Part shown: positions 21,910 through 34,624 of the stretch, piece by piece | Layout: each line of letters begins with the position of its first letter | Position numbering within the stretch: the first letter of the stretch is position 1 | Program-made: the position numbers and the translations under genes | NCBI RefSeq assembly: GCF_036321535.1 | Contig: NC_087437.1 | Span: 8,246,001 to 8,310,000, forward strand | Direction: 5' to 3' | Length of the DNA stretch: 64,000 nucleotides | Origin: Camelus dromedarius | Taxonomy: Eukaryota | The notes under the pieces: model-generated | Told to the model about the DNA's origin: nothing | The model's database searches: none | What the model saw: the letters and a program-made list of their open reading frames with translations, nothing else

Positions 21910-22449
21910 TAACTATTCTATGACTCTGTAATTATGATATAGAGACCTCACTCATTAAAAAAACAAAGCAATCACCATGAATAGAATAGTGTTACATTTT
22001 TTTTTTTTTTTACAGAAGGAAAGACCACCATAGTCCCAACACCAAGATGAAACTAATCTCATTATACGTATTCTCTTATGGTCTTTGTCCCTTTAAATAA
22101 ATATTGTATGTTAGTTAGAATAAAAGAAAACATAAAACTTGCATCCTTTTGTCCCCTATTCAAACATTTACTGATTGTATTATAGACCGTTGAGTTGATG
22201 GACCATAATTTACTTAATTCTTCCCCTATTTGTGGGCATCAAACTCTGAAAATATTCTTGAATTGAGTGTATATTTTTTTCCCTAAAGTTGGAATTTATA
22301 TTTATTACTTGTGAACTGCAGAATAATAGAATTGACTTTGGAAGTGAAAAAGCATGGTCATACAAGATAGAACGACCTACACTGGGTTTTACTTTCGAAA
22401 GAGTGACTTGGATTATCCATTCTATTCACTTTTTAAATATTTTCCATAT

Positions 22450-22650
22450 TATACATATATAGAAGTACAGTTAGTTACAGTGTGTCATTTCTGGTGTGCA
22501 GCACAGTGTCCCAGTCATGCAGATACATACATATATCCGTTTTCATATTCTTTTTCATTGAATGTTATTACAAGATAGTGAATATAGTTCTCTGTGCTAT
22601 ATAGAAAAAAACTTTTTAAAATCTGTTTTTTTATATAGCAGCATATATGT
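22450..22650 (-). mobile_element. L1 3'UTR fragment
   Basis: gaagtacagttagttacagtgtg...ttacaagatagtgaatatagttctctgtgcta. Confidence 0.75.
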
Positions 22651-24177
22651 TTTATAGGCACATCAAGCTTGCTTGAGGGGATATATTTTTTTTTCTGATT
22701 TAAAATAGGTAGTGTTTTTTGACAGCCTGTAAAAACCACTTGCAGCCAGGGTTTTTTCTGTAACAGCTGGTGATAGTAGAAATGGGTGTAGTTGAAGATA
22801 AGTTTTCTCCTCTGATCACTGACCTGATTTGATGAGTAATACCCCTTTTTTTTCCTCTCCGTCCCCTTTTACAATATATACAATTTGAAGTATAAAGTAT
22901 TTTCTCCTAATAATTGACTTTTATAGAAATTATAGATTTCTTCAAAATTGAGTTTTCCCATTAATATCTTCATTTTCCCTCTGTTTCAGAGTTTTACATT
23001 AGCAGTTGTTCCTATATTATTATAACTCTTGTTTATAATGAGTTGAGGTACTAGAACCCTCAAAAATATCTCTTTTAACTCCATCACGAATGATGGATGA
23101 AACTGAGTATTTGTCAAAGCCAAACCCCTGAACGTATTCACTACTCTTAATAGAGGAAAAGTTGTTTCATCTGGAAGGAGAATTAAATGTGAAACAGCCC
23201 AGGAGTTAATGCTGTGTTTTAGAAAACAGAACAAAAATATTTTGTAGCCCTTGGGGATTACCAAGAAATGGGTGGCACTTACAGATACTTCAGGAATTGT
23301 GAAAACAGAAGTCGGGTTTTGGAATGAGCGAGGGGTTTCAATCCTGGCTCCATCCCCCCTCAGTTCTGTGCACGTTGGACCAGTCACTTGGCCTCCTTGA
23401 CCCTCAGTTTCTTCCTCCGCCCAGCCCAGGGGTGTTGTGGGGTGTGGCACACAGCACGGCTGCTGGGAAGATGCTAGTCATGTTTTTCCTCCCACACACG
23501 TTCTCCAAAACCCAGTCACTGCCAGCGTGCGACTTTTAAGCTGGAGCGTGGACAAGGGGCTGAGAGTGTAATGATTTGAGCATCATGTTAGAAAGGAAGA
23601 TAATGGCACAGAGACGGCGGCAGTCTTTCCTAGCCCAGCCTTCTGAGCCAGCAGCCCAAGGCAGAGGAGTGGAGACCTATGTGAATGAGTCTGTCCTGCG
23701 GAGTTCTGCAACCTGCTGATTTCTAGGCGAGATGGAGACCAAGAGCCTCTGAATAATAAATAAGGAAATGAAGATAGACGACAGCCCCCCCCACCCGCCG
23801 CTCCCCCGTCGCCCGGTGGTGATGAAGAAAGCGAAGGAGAGGAACACCCTGTGACCACGATGGGAAGCAAGACGGGTTTCAGAGCAAAACCTCACTGTCA
23901 CGACCACTTGGGAATTCAGAAACCTCGCGCCACGTGAGCCTGGTGTCTCACTGATTGCATCTTCTCAAAGATGGGTGCCGTTACAGCTGCAGGCACCGCG
24001 GGGCCTTATCTTGATGGTAAGGGAACCTCAGACCTGAGCTGCCTATTCAGCGTGTGATGTGCAGCAGTCGTGGCAGTTAGAACAAAGGGGCCGAGCACGT
24101 CCGGAGCACGCATCAGCACGAAGATGGGGAGGGGTAGGGTTGTCTGTGGAGAAGACTGGACTGAACGATGATTATAA

Positions 24178-24329
24178 GGGGAGGGTGTAGCTCAGTGGTA
24201 GAGTGCTTGCCTAGCATGCACGAGGTCCTGGTTCAATCCCCAGTACCTCCTCTAAGAAATAAATTAATAAGTAAAACCTAATTACCTCCCTCCACCAAAA
24301 AACAAAGCAAACAAGACAACAACAAAAAA
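24178..24329 (+). mobile_element. tRNA-Ala-derived SINE
   Basis: tRNA head plus tail; TSD-like atgattat. Confidence 0.9.
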
Positions 24330-24527
24330 ATGATTATGTTCCTTAAGCCAGCCTGCTCAGATTTATCCAATAAATTAAATGCAAACTGAACAATGGGACT
24401 GCTTAAATTACTTATACTCTCTGTTCTGAATTAAGGGAAAATATAAATATTTTATATGTTATAAGTATCTGGTACATCAAGGTTAACATATACTTAACCT
24501 TAAAAATGTCTTATAAGTGTATACGGT

Positions 24528-24672
24528 GGGGCATGATATAGCTCAGTTGGTAAAGTGTGTGTGCTTAGCATGCACGAGGTCCTGGGTTCAGTCCCCACTA
24601 CCTCCATTAAATAAAGAAATATACCTAATTACCTACCGCACCCCAAAAATTAAAATAAAAAAAATTAAAAAT
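24528..24672 (+). mobile_element. tRNA-Ala-derived SINE
   Basis: tRNA head plus tail; TSD-like ttataagt(g/a)tata. Confidence 0.88.
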
Positions 24673-25481
24673 ATTATAAGTATATATGAAATAGATCTTT
24701 ATATATCCTCCAGAAATCACTGTGGTTTTAGGAAAAAAAAAAGCTGAACGAATATTTTGGAATTCCCTGAATTTCACAATGGTTTGCTTATATAACGCCA
24801 GGAGGAAATAACCTGAAATTAAGTGTCAGAGGAATAGGACTTCTGAGAATAGACCTGACCCACAGAGTACGCTAAGGGAAAGTGGCAAATAATTAGCTTT
24901 AGATTCTGAGTTGTGCAGAACTTCTCAAAATGAAAGGTCCTAGAGCAGGGTTTTAAGGTTAATCTCGAATCTAGGTGAACTAACACTGATGAAAGTTTTC
25001 TTCCCCAAAGATGAAACACCCGTCACCCCCCACTCAGAAGAACTATGAAGTAATATAGAATAAGATAAAAAATAAGTCCATAAGCCTGAGTGTAAGTTAA
25101 CATTATCTACTCTTTCCTGAGGGGGTGGCGGTTCACTGGGGCATCCTCCCCATCTTAGAGCAGATCAGGAAGGCACACAGGGAGGCGAGGGTTTTACTGG
25201 GGGAAGGCGGTCCTGTCCTGGAAGAGGATGGGTTTGGATCTGCTGCTAAGGCACAGCGGCTGGGCAGTGATGCTCCGACCCCTCCCTGGTCTGTGCAGCC
25301 CTGCGGGCCCCACTCTGGGCCATGTCACTGGGTCCTGGGAATTGCAAGCCTTGCATTCGCTGGGAGACCAAAGAGAAGGCAGGTCGGTTGTGAATGGATG
25401 TTCATTTTCTAGCATCTCTTGGCCAAATGAGCTTTCTTTTCTTTTTCCTTCCCTTCCCTTCCTTTCCCTTTTAAAAAAAAG

Positions 25482-25712
25482 TATTTTAATTGAAGTGTAG
25501 TCAGTTTACAACGTTGTGTCAATTTCTGGTGCATAGCATCATGTTTCAGTCATACTTACATATATTCCTTTTCAGATTCTTTTCCATTACAGGTTACTAC
25601 AAGATACTGAATATAGTTCCCTGTGCTCCACAGAAGAAACTTACTGTTTATCTACTGTGTATATAGCAGTTAATATCTGCAAATCTCGAACTCCCAGGTT
25701 ATCCCTCTCCAT
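25482..25712 (-). mobile_element. L1 3'UTR fragment
   Basis: ttgaagtgtagtcagtttacaac...atctgcaaatctcgaactccca. Confidence 0.78.
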
Positions 25713-26313
25713 TCTGAGTCGTATGCCCTAGGTAGCCCGGGGGCCCCGGAGCTGTGGTCAGGGCTCAGGAAAGCTCTGCTTTCCCTTGGGGCCCCGGTAC
25801 TCCTCCAGCCCTGTGCGATGAGTGTGTTTTTCGACTTTGAGTCTGAGTAATTGAAAATATACCCAAACAACAGATGGTGGAAGCTTATTACTTCCTGCTT
25901 TTTGACCGAGTTTTGCAGTCTGAAGATCTTTATCTTCCCACCAGAGCTCGGGGGTATGTGAGTACTGCCTTCATGAAGCCTGAAATTTCACTCAGAGGAT
26001 TAGACGGTGGGGTTCTGATTCTTCCTCAGAAGGGGCTTCCTTGGTTCCCCTTGTAATTTCTCCTCCTCTCTAAAGGATGCTGCAGAATGGACTGATTGTA
26101 ATAGAACTGGACCCAAGCGGTACACCAGCCTGATCCCCAGGTGTCACCAGCTGGTAGAGATGCTTCTGCTGGTCCCACAGACCTCGTTCCTCCCGCCGAC
26201 CTCGTTCCTCCCACCGAGGTTACTGGGATAGAGTAACCGTACTTGGGTGTTTGGTGTCTGGGATGGCCTGGGGTTCACGGGATGCTGATGGCACGGGTCT
26301 CCTCTGGTTGCAG

Positions 26314-26505
26314 GTGGCTGTGTTACTGCAACGTGCCGCAGTTCTGTGACAGTCTGCCCCGGTATGAGACTGCCCAGGTGTTCGGGAGAACCCTGCTCCG
26401 CTCTGTCTTCACCGTCATGAGGCGGCAGCTCCTGGAACAGGCGAGACAGGAAAAAGACAAACTGCCGCTGGAGAAACGGACCCTAATCCTCACCCATTTC
26501 CCGAA
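26314..26505 (+). CDS. KAT2B: KAT2B exon 6, 192 nt
   Basis: ttgcag|G TGG CTG...CCG AA|gtaag; WLCYCNVPQFCDSLPRYETAQVFGRTLLRSVFTVMRRQLLEQARQEKDKLPLEKRTLILTHFPK. Confidence 0.96.
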
Positions 26506-27764
26506 GTAAGGGAGCATTCTTATGGGTCTTTGACACCAGGGCTTGAGACTGAGGGATGAGTGGCAAAGCCCGCATCGATGACAAGGTCAGGAGGGGTAGG
26601 AAGAGTGCCCGCCTCCTTCTCAGTGTCCCCCGGGGTCTCCTTGGGTGCTTCCAGCCCGGCTGAGAATAGCTTGACTCCGTGTCACTCGCCCCCCTCGCCC
26701 CCCCACCCCGACCCACCTGCGCCAGTGTCTCCGAGCCTCACAGGTGGGGCAGAGCTTGGTTGTGTGCATTCAGCTGCCAGGATGCGAGGGGGCACAGGGA
26801 GACTGCACAGAAGCAGTTTCCATCTCATCAGAAGCGGTGCAGGGCAACTCGGGGTCTGGTCCTCCCATCCCGGGTCTCCAGCCTGTCCTAAGCCGGGCTG
26901 ATCTCTCCTGTCTCAGCCCAAGTGAACTAGGTACCAGGAAGGGGAGCCTCCTTCAGAATGATCTCTGCACCTCCGCACCCAGATTCTTGTAGACCATGCA
27001 CGCTCTTGCGTGCCGGAACCCCAACATACGAGTAATCATTTAAATATTTTTCCAATGTGGGAAATGTGTCACAGGCGTAGGAAGTCACAGGGCTGTGCCA
27101 TTGGCCTTAGAAGTGCATTTTCACTGCAAAGAACCCCAAATTTAAGCTCAGAGTCTGGCTGCTGGTAAGAGGCTGAGGGTGCAGATGACAACGTGTCATG
27201 GAGCAGTGATGACAAGACACGAAGGAGACAGTCCATTCTGCCTGGAGTAGCACTGGATGGAGGAGGCGGAAACCGTCATTTGAAAAGGCTTCCTGGGTCT
27301 GACAGAGAATCGAGTGAGGGCTTGGAGACCAGAGGATAGAGCGGAAGAGAGGAGCTGTTAGAGTCTTTGAGCAAAAGATTGAGGAAATTCTGTTTTATTT
27401 TAGAAACTAGATTTTTTTATTACTGTAAGTATTACTGGATTACCCAGTGTGTGTCTCAGGAAAGGTGATGGTTTTAATTTGTAAAAATAAGTGAGGACCA
27501 AAACAACAACAAAAGTGGTTTTGCGATAGAGGTTAACCGCAGTTTTTTTTTCTTTTGTTTTTGCAGTTTAACACGAACCCTCAATCTTAGTTACAGAATG
27601 TGTCTAACGAGCTTTAGCTAAACGTCCAGTATTTGCACATAAATCCCAGCCTCTGATTTGTGGTATTTCCTTAAGGCCACCAGCACACAGGATTGAGGCC
27701 TGACAGGAACACTTTGATATCCTCCAGGGAGGAAGGTTCAGAAGCACTTAAACTGCAGTTTGCA

Positions 27765-27863
27765 TTTTTTTTCCTTCTGTTGATAGAGGGAGATACAGGG
27801 GATGAAGCCCAGGACCTCAGGCGTGCTGAGCATGCGCTCTGCCAGTGAGCTCTGCCCTCCCCT
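27765..27863 (-). mobile_element. diverged tRNA-derived SINE
   Basis: cccaggacctcaggcgtgctgagcatgcgctctgccagtgagct. Confidence 0.75.
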
Positions 27864-28881
27864 GCTAAGCTGCAGCTGGGATGCTGCCCTAAACGGGTTG
27901 TGAGCCCTGGGTGTGCTCATGTGTTTCAGTGGCTGCCTTGTAACTGGTCTCAGCAACTTCCCTTAGAGATGAAAGCAGTTTTCTTATTTCTCTCTTACAT
28001 TTGCCACATAAGTGCCATTTTGTGTTTGGATTATAGTTGTCATTTGGTCTCTAAGCCAAGGGACATAGAGGACCCCCCTTCCCTCACACCTTTTTTTATG
28101 GTGCTTCAAAAGAAATTTTAATTACCTTGCACGGTAACAATTTTTTTTTCCCGTAGCAAATTCATTTTTCTAATTACAGTGCGTTGTTCCTTCAGCTCAG
28201 GGTCTGGCATGCTTTGGCTGCTCAGCCAAAAAATCAGTATCGCTTTCTTCCCTTCTCTGTTACTAATGGTAGGGTACAGCTACCACCCACTCCTCCGTTA
28301 AAATCTCTTTTCATTGAATATGACAACATGTGAGGCTCCTAGGGGCTGATACCTGCAGGTTTGGCAGCAGAATCACATCTATTGAAGCCGGAGCTGCCAC
28401 CTGGGTCTTGGACCCTGACTCTCAGTGACAGCTCCGGCCCCTCGCGGCACCCGGGCAGGTCGCCGGGAGTCCCAGCTGCACCTTCAGGGCTGCATCCTTA
28501 CGATCGTGCTCCTCACGTGGCGCCTTGGCTTCCGCTTGGCTTTCCCCCCATCCACCTGCTGACACAGTTGTTGTTAAAAAAGAAACAACTTCAGTATTTG
28601 ATTCTCAAAGTGATAAACAGACATGCTGATGAAAATTTGGAACCAACATGCAAGAGCCACAATAGCCCTGCCACCATGAGAGACTGTCAGTGCCTTTAGA
28701 TCTGTTTTTTCTCCATGTGTTGCATTCTTTTATTCTACATACAGTTTTGTATCCTGTGTGTATACAAGCACTTCCTATGGCATTACATGAGATTGTTCTT
28801 TATTCTATTGAAATAACTATATATAACTATATATATATAGATGCGTATACGTATGTAATACACACATGATTATTTTCCTAA

Positions 28882-28969
28882 TTTTTTTTAAATGGAGGTA
28901 CTGGGGATTGAACCCAGGGCCTCATGCATGCTAAGCACACACTCTACCACTGAGCTATTCTCGCCCCCC
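28882..28969 (-). mobile_element. tRNA-Ala-derived SINE (short tail)
   Basis: tggaggtactggggattgaacccaggg...ctctaccactgagcta. Confidence 0.88.
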
Positions 28970-30464
28970 ACCGCCTCCATATTCCTAAGTTATTAATGGC
29001 ATTCTTCTTTGGTGAGTCTCTGTAGGGCTTTGTGAAGTGTTCTGACTGTATAATTACTGATAAAGGAGGAGCCTGGGGAAGGAAAGAAAGTGGACTTCCG
29101 CGATGAAGGGCAGGCGGGGAAGCGCTGAGGGCTGTGGCGGGTACAGGCAGGGTCTGCTTAGGCAAAGGCGGAGGTCTTCCCTCTCACCTGCAAGATCAGA
29201 GCGAGATCTTAGGAAGGACTTTCCCTCCTGTTGCTGCTAGCCTTGCTGTGTCTGCTAAGACACATACTAAGTGTTTTAAGGCGTAAGCTGACTGTGGCTT
29301 GCTTAGCAAGAAGTGACACATGCTATGCTGTCTCTGAACCATGGAGTACAGGTAGATAGGTGTTCATTCCCATGGTCCCTTGTTCTTAAATCCTCTGAGC
29401 ATGAGCGGCAAGTTGGAAGACCCTCGTGACCTTTCCCAACCGGTTCTCACTTCCCAAACCCCAACTCCTCCCCTCTCTGAGACCTAAAGTCTTGTGGATT
29501 TGACTAATGAGCAGAGCAGTGGTACTCTCTCAGTAATAGTCACGGTGGTGGTGATGTTGTAGGTCCTTGATCAGTTATCCAAACCTCACAATTCAAGTTT
29601 GAAGGTGACTTGACACCTTTATGAAGGTAACACATGTTCTATATATATCATAGCTTTAGGGGTGGGGCAGTTTCCCCAAAGCAAATCCATCTGTAATTAT
29701 AAAGACTGTGCTCTTATGTGCGTTCGGGTGAGAGTTTGTTGCCCAAATGGGTTAGGGAAAAAATATTTTTAATGGCTTTTGAATTTCAGAATTTCGGAGA
29801 AGGGATAGTGGACTTAGAAGAGCGGACCTTTATTATGTCATTGCAACGTCCGCTTCGCGAGGCCGGGCCCGGCTGTCTTCACTCTGTCCTCCAGCGCCTC
29901 CCACAGCGCCTGGCACGTGGGGAGGCGGTCAGGCAGTGTTTGTTGAGTGAAGGAATGAGCACCTACCTGGGGTCGGCACCCCTTGAAGCCTGACGGTAGT
30001 GTCTTCCTTACTGCTTCCTTGTGCAGGAGTTACTGTCAATAGTCCTGTTATGAAAGAACTGAAGAAGCAGAAAGTTAAGAATTTGTTCCAAGGTCACACA
30101 AATAACAAGGAGCTTAGCACCTGGATTTAGAACCCAGGCTCTTGGCGGTTCTCATTATGCTGCTCCCCTCCATGAGAAGTCATGCACCTTACAAAGAGGC
30201 TCGCAGGAAGGTCCTCCAGTGCCGGAAGTGCAGACCTGTGCTTTTACTTTCATCGTGGTTCTTCCATTTGAGAGTCTATATGAATTGTCTTTGGTATTTA
30301 TCAAAAGTCTGTTGCCCTGGCCATGCTCACAGCCTCTGTTTCAGTAAACCTTGGTGGCACATGGGTATCTGTATTCCTAACAAGGTACCCAGGTGATTTC
30401 TGTGGGTCCCCAAAACTTGAGGTCCCTTTGGTTTAAAACATGACAGGAAATATAATATAGTAAT

Positions 30465-30690
30465 TAATCACATATTCTAATCTTGGCCCCGCAATTTACT
30501 GGTTGTAGGACTTCGTACCAGTTCTTGAGCCTCTCAGTGCCCTGAGTTTTTCCATCTGTAAAATGGGTACAATACTACATTCTGTCTCCTGGGGTTGTTA
30601 TGAAGATCAAGTGAGTTAATAGACTTCAACTACTTAGACCGGTGTCTGTCACATAGTAGGAGCTGTGTGTGTGTGTTTGTGTGTGTGATA
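30465..30690 (+). mobile_element. MIR
   Basis: catctgtaaaatgggtacaatact...gttgttatgaagatcaagtgag. Confidence 0.65.
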
Positions 30691-30712
30691 AATAAAAATA
30701 AGAAAGGTACGA

Positions 30713-30919
30713 GGGGAGGGTATAACTTAAGTGGTAGAGCGCATGCTTAGCATGCACGAGGTCCTGGGTTCAATCCTCAGTACCTCCTCCATAAAAATAA
30801 GAAAACCTAATTACCTCCCCCCACCAAAAAAAAAAAAAAAAAAAAAAAAAGAAAAGTAAAAAAGAAAAAAATGTAGGAGCAAAAGAAAAAGTACTGGGAA
30901 CAAAAAAAAAGAAAAAAAA
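30713..30919 (+). mobile_element. tRNA-Ala-derived SINE with ~95-nt A-rich tail
   Basis: head ggggagggtataact...ggttcaatcc; long interrupted A tract. Confidence 0.88.
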
Positions 30920-31361
30920 GGTAACTCGCTGGCTTGATGGAGAATTCAATAAATGTTCTTAGAACAGTGCAGGCACAGGGCCAGCACTCAATAAATATTA
31001 GCACCTTTGTGATGGTAATGACGGTGACAAGGACAACTCCACAGAGGGCTGAAATCTTGTTTGGAGACTCGATGAGGGGGAGCCAGGGAAATGCATTTCC
31101 ACCGCTCTGATGCTCTGTGTAGTCTGTGTTGTGTCTGTCTTTGCAGAGCCAGAAGAGAGTACCTTTGCAGAGATGCATTTCTGTATTTGAATATCCCAGG
31201 GCTGTCCAACTAAATCATCCTTTGAGTCGTCATTCCCTAGCGTGTTTCTGAATCGAAGAGGAGATACGGATGTGGTGGTGACTGCCGTGGATGGTGGGTG
31301 CTTTGTCCCTTTGGTAGGACAGTAGTTTTGATCTCACTGTTGCTTTCACTCTTGTGTCTAG

Positions 31362-31468
31362 GTTTCTGTCCATGTTAGAAGAAGAAGTTTATAATCAAAA
31401 CTCTCCCATCTGGGATCAGGATTTTCTGTCCGCTTCTTCCCGAACCAGCCAGCTAGGAATCCAAACAG
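31362..31468 (+). CDS. KAT2B: KAT2B exon 7, 107 nt
   Basis: tctag|G TTT CTG...ACA G|gtaaaa; FLSMLEEEVYNQNSPIWDQDFLSASSRTSQLGIQT. Confidence 0.95.
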
Positions 31469-32254
31469 GTAAAAAAAAAAAATTTTTTTTTTTTTTTGTG
31501 TTAATCAGAAAACAACCAGGGAGGTGTTTGTGTTTTTCATTTGCATTCATTTGTATTTTTCATCAAGACCTTGAAGGCTGGAGCCAGCAAGAAAGCAAAC
31601 CCTTGGGCAGACGTTGCATCTCTATCTCTGTTAGTGAGGAGAGCCGCTGTGGCCAAAGTTAAAGCAACAGCCATCACTGCTCCTGCTGTGGGGTTCCCCT
31701 GCCCCGCACATCGCAGTTGTACGGGAGGTTTCAGGTCTGCAGGCAAATGCTGGCTCTTCCTAAAGACACTGACAGTCTCGGTCAAAGGCTGGATATGCCC
31801 AGGAATCAAATCTCAGCCTGGTGCCTGAATCTGTGAGGTCTGTTTTGTGCATCAAGTTGCTCTCGTGGATAATGGTAGGCTGGTGAGTGGAAGAGAGTGG
31901 TCTTGAGTCTCGGGACGTGAAGTCCTTCCCAGTGGGGCAGGGCACCCACTGGCCTTGCCTTGGGTCAGCCAGTGGCCTCAGCTGCCATCTTGTGAGGAAG
32001 GAAGTCGTGTGACTTCTGGAGTCACACTGATCCTGGGGGAAGGATGTGCAGTCCTGCCTCAGATGCTAGGAAGACCTGGAGACACTTGGCGAGAGATGGT
32101 GCCAAAGCAGCCATTTATATGTGGCTGTGGGGAAGGACAGAATGCGGAATTTCAGTGTCACGTTTTCGGTAGATCTAGTTCAATGTGTAATACGGGGGTC
32201 ATGAGTGTGATATCCAGCAAAGGTAATTTTATTCTTGCCATTTCCCCACCCCCC

Positions 32255-32720
32255 CAGTTTTTTTTTATATTCAGTGAAAGTCACCCTTTTTAATATATGG
32301 TTCTGTGAATTTTGGCAAACACACATAGTTGTGTAACTATTACTGCCATCAAAATACAGAACACTTGCATCACCCCAGAAAACCCCCTATTCTTTTTTTT
32401 TTAATATTTATTTACTTATTTACTATTGTATCATTTTATTTTATTTTATCTTGCTGAGGAGAGGTAATTAGGTTTATTTATTTTTAGAGGAGGTACTGGA
32501 GATTGAACCCAGGACCTCAAGCTTGCCAAGCATGCGCTCTCCCACTGGAGCTATACCCTCCCCACCCCGTCTTCTCTGTAGTCTGTTCAGCGCTCTCACC
32601 CCATTGACTTGCTTTTTGCTCGTGTAGTGTTGCGTTTTCTAGAATGCCGTGTGAGTGGAACCATATAGCATGTAGCTTTTTGAGTCTGACTCCTTCCACT
32701 CAGCATCATGCGTTGGAGGA
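32255..32720 (-). mobile_element. old L1 (L1MB/MC-like) 3' fragment with nested tRNA-SINE (~32393-32563, minus)
   Basis: ttctgtgaattttggcaaac...catcaccccagaaa; SINE gattgaacccaggacctc...gctataccctcccc. Confidence 0.7.
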
Positions 32721-33206
32721 GGTGATTATTATTTTTTTTTTTTCCATCTACAGCCCAAGTTTGGACCTAAATATAATTAAGTCCTACCAAGCAGAGTTAC
32801 TTAGGGAAGGAGGTGTTTTGGTTTGGATCCAGCCCTTTTTGTCTGGATTCTTGTTGCTAAAAGCGTGTGAAAAACATCTTCTGTGTTGTTTTTTTTACCT
32901 TAGATCATAGAATATCGTTTCATGTGTCTCTGGTTCAAAACCTGCTGTGCTCTGGCCCTTCTGTGCATGACGGAGCCCCAGACCCACGTGTCAGCACTTC
33001 CTGGATGTGCTCTCTGTGGCGCCAGGGCAGACGTCCTGCCTTCCTCTCCCTGTCTCGTGCTGTTCACTTTCTCTCGGTCTTTCTCTCACCTAACTTTCAA
33101 ATGGCCTCTCTCCCACAGACTCTTCCCCAGTGCTTCCCATGCCTGCCTTCCAGCAAGGGCTGGATCTCCTGTCTTCCAAACGTTCCTAGAACCTCGATTA
33201 CATCCT

Positions 33207-33388
33207 ATTCTTGGTTCTTTAACTTGGCTGCACCATGGCATCACTCGCGTGATTTAAAATAATACTGATTTCCGAGGTCCTCCTCTGGAGAGTGTGTGTG
33301 ATGTCATTGGTGCAGGGTGTGCCCTGGACATCGAGACTTTTGAGAGCTCGCCAGGGGACTGTGACGCGCAACAGTCTGAGAACTCCCG
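33207..33388. mobile_element. MER5-like DNA transposon
   Basis: ggttctttaacttggctgcacc...aatactgat...gctcgccagggga...tgagaactc. Confidence 0.6.
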
Positions 33389-34624
33389 TGTCACAGGGCG
33401 CCTACCCCGTGCTGTCCCAGCCGCCTCTCCCAGTACATCTCTTTCCCGAGAGCGTGACTCCTGCGCAGAGTCCACAGTCGTAGCGGACACGTCCAGGAAG
33501 TGCTTGCCCGTGAGGTTTGCTTCATGTCTTGAAGTCTTAGCACAAACCACGGGAAGTTGGTATGATTATCATGATGTGTATTTCATTATCTACCTCTTTA
33601 TATGGATGGGAAATGAGAGCTCAGAGAGGAGCAACCAGTTGCCCCAAACCGGAGCCCGAGAGCGATGGAGCTGGTTCCACACCGGGCCTGTGCCTCCCTG
33701 CGGCGCTGCGTTAAGGGCCAGCGCTCTGACCACTGCTTTGCACGCTCCAGTGTCCTTTGCAAACGTGCAGGCAAAAGCTTGTGGAAGGAATGGGTGAGGA
33801 GCACAGGCAGGGGACGCAGAGCTCTCGGGTGGGGTCAACTTAGGGCTTGTGCGGAGGGTCCTCTGGAGAGGATTTGCCTCTGTGTGAAAACCCCCCTGGC
33901 CCCAGCCCGCTCACAATGTGCCCGGTCTGGCAAGCTGTCTGCCACCGCCCGGGATGGAGAAGGCAGGTTGTCTCCGACCCTCTGGGAATTTCAGGTTTAT
34001 TTCTGTGGCTCAGGTTGTAACCCAGTTAAGCTGGAGGGGACTCTTCAGTGTCACCTGCCACCGTTGGAAGCAGGCTGTCTCCTCCTCTGATGTAACTGCG
34101 GCGTGTTGTCAGGGAGGGTGGGTTGGGGGGGAAAAGCACAGTCATCTACTTAATTGGCGTGTTTGTGCATCAGTGTGGCTGCCAGACATGACATTCGTAA
34201 TGATGGCTCTGAAGTTCTGCGAGATACTGAGATGTCTTCTGAGTCACCAGAGCTTCCCCTCTGGGGAGAATTGCTCCGGCGTACTTTGAAGTTTAGAAAG
34301 CCTGTGTGCTGGAGGGACGACCACACGGCTCGGCGCGTTAGCGTATTCTGAATCTTTGCGTACCATGGCGTCGTGTCTCTCTGTTGCTGGGATTACTTAC
34401 TCCATCACTTTCTTGGCTGCTGGGAATGTCCGCTGTGGACCGAACTGTGGCTGCGTTGACTCCGAGATGAACACGCTTTCTGGGCACCTGTCTGCACGGC
34501 CGGACTAGGTCTGTGACCAGTGTCACTGAGAATGTCCCTCATCAGCTACGGATGAGCAGCCCACTAGCAGACCACGTCCTGTTTCCTACAGTGGCTTTTT
34601 TGTTTTTTTAAAGCAAAACAAATA

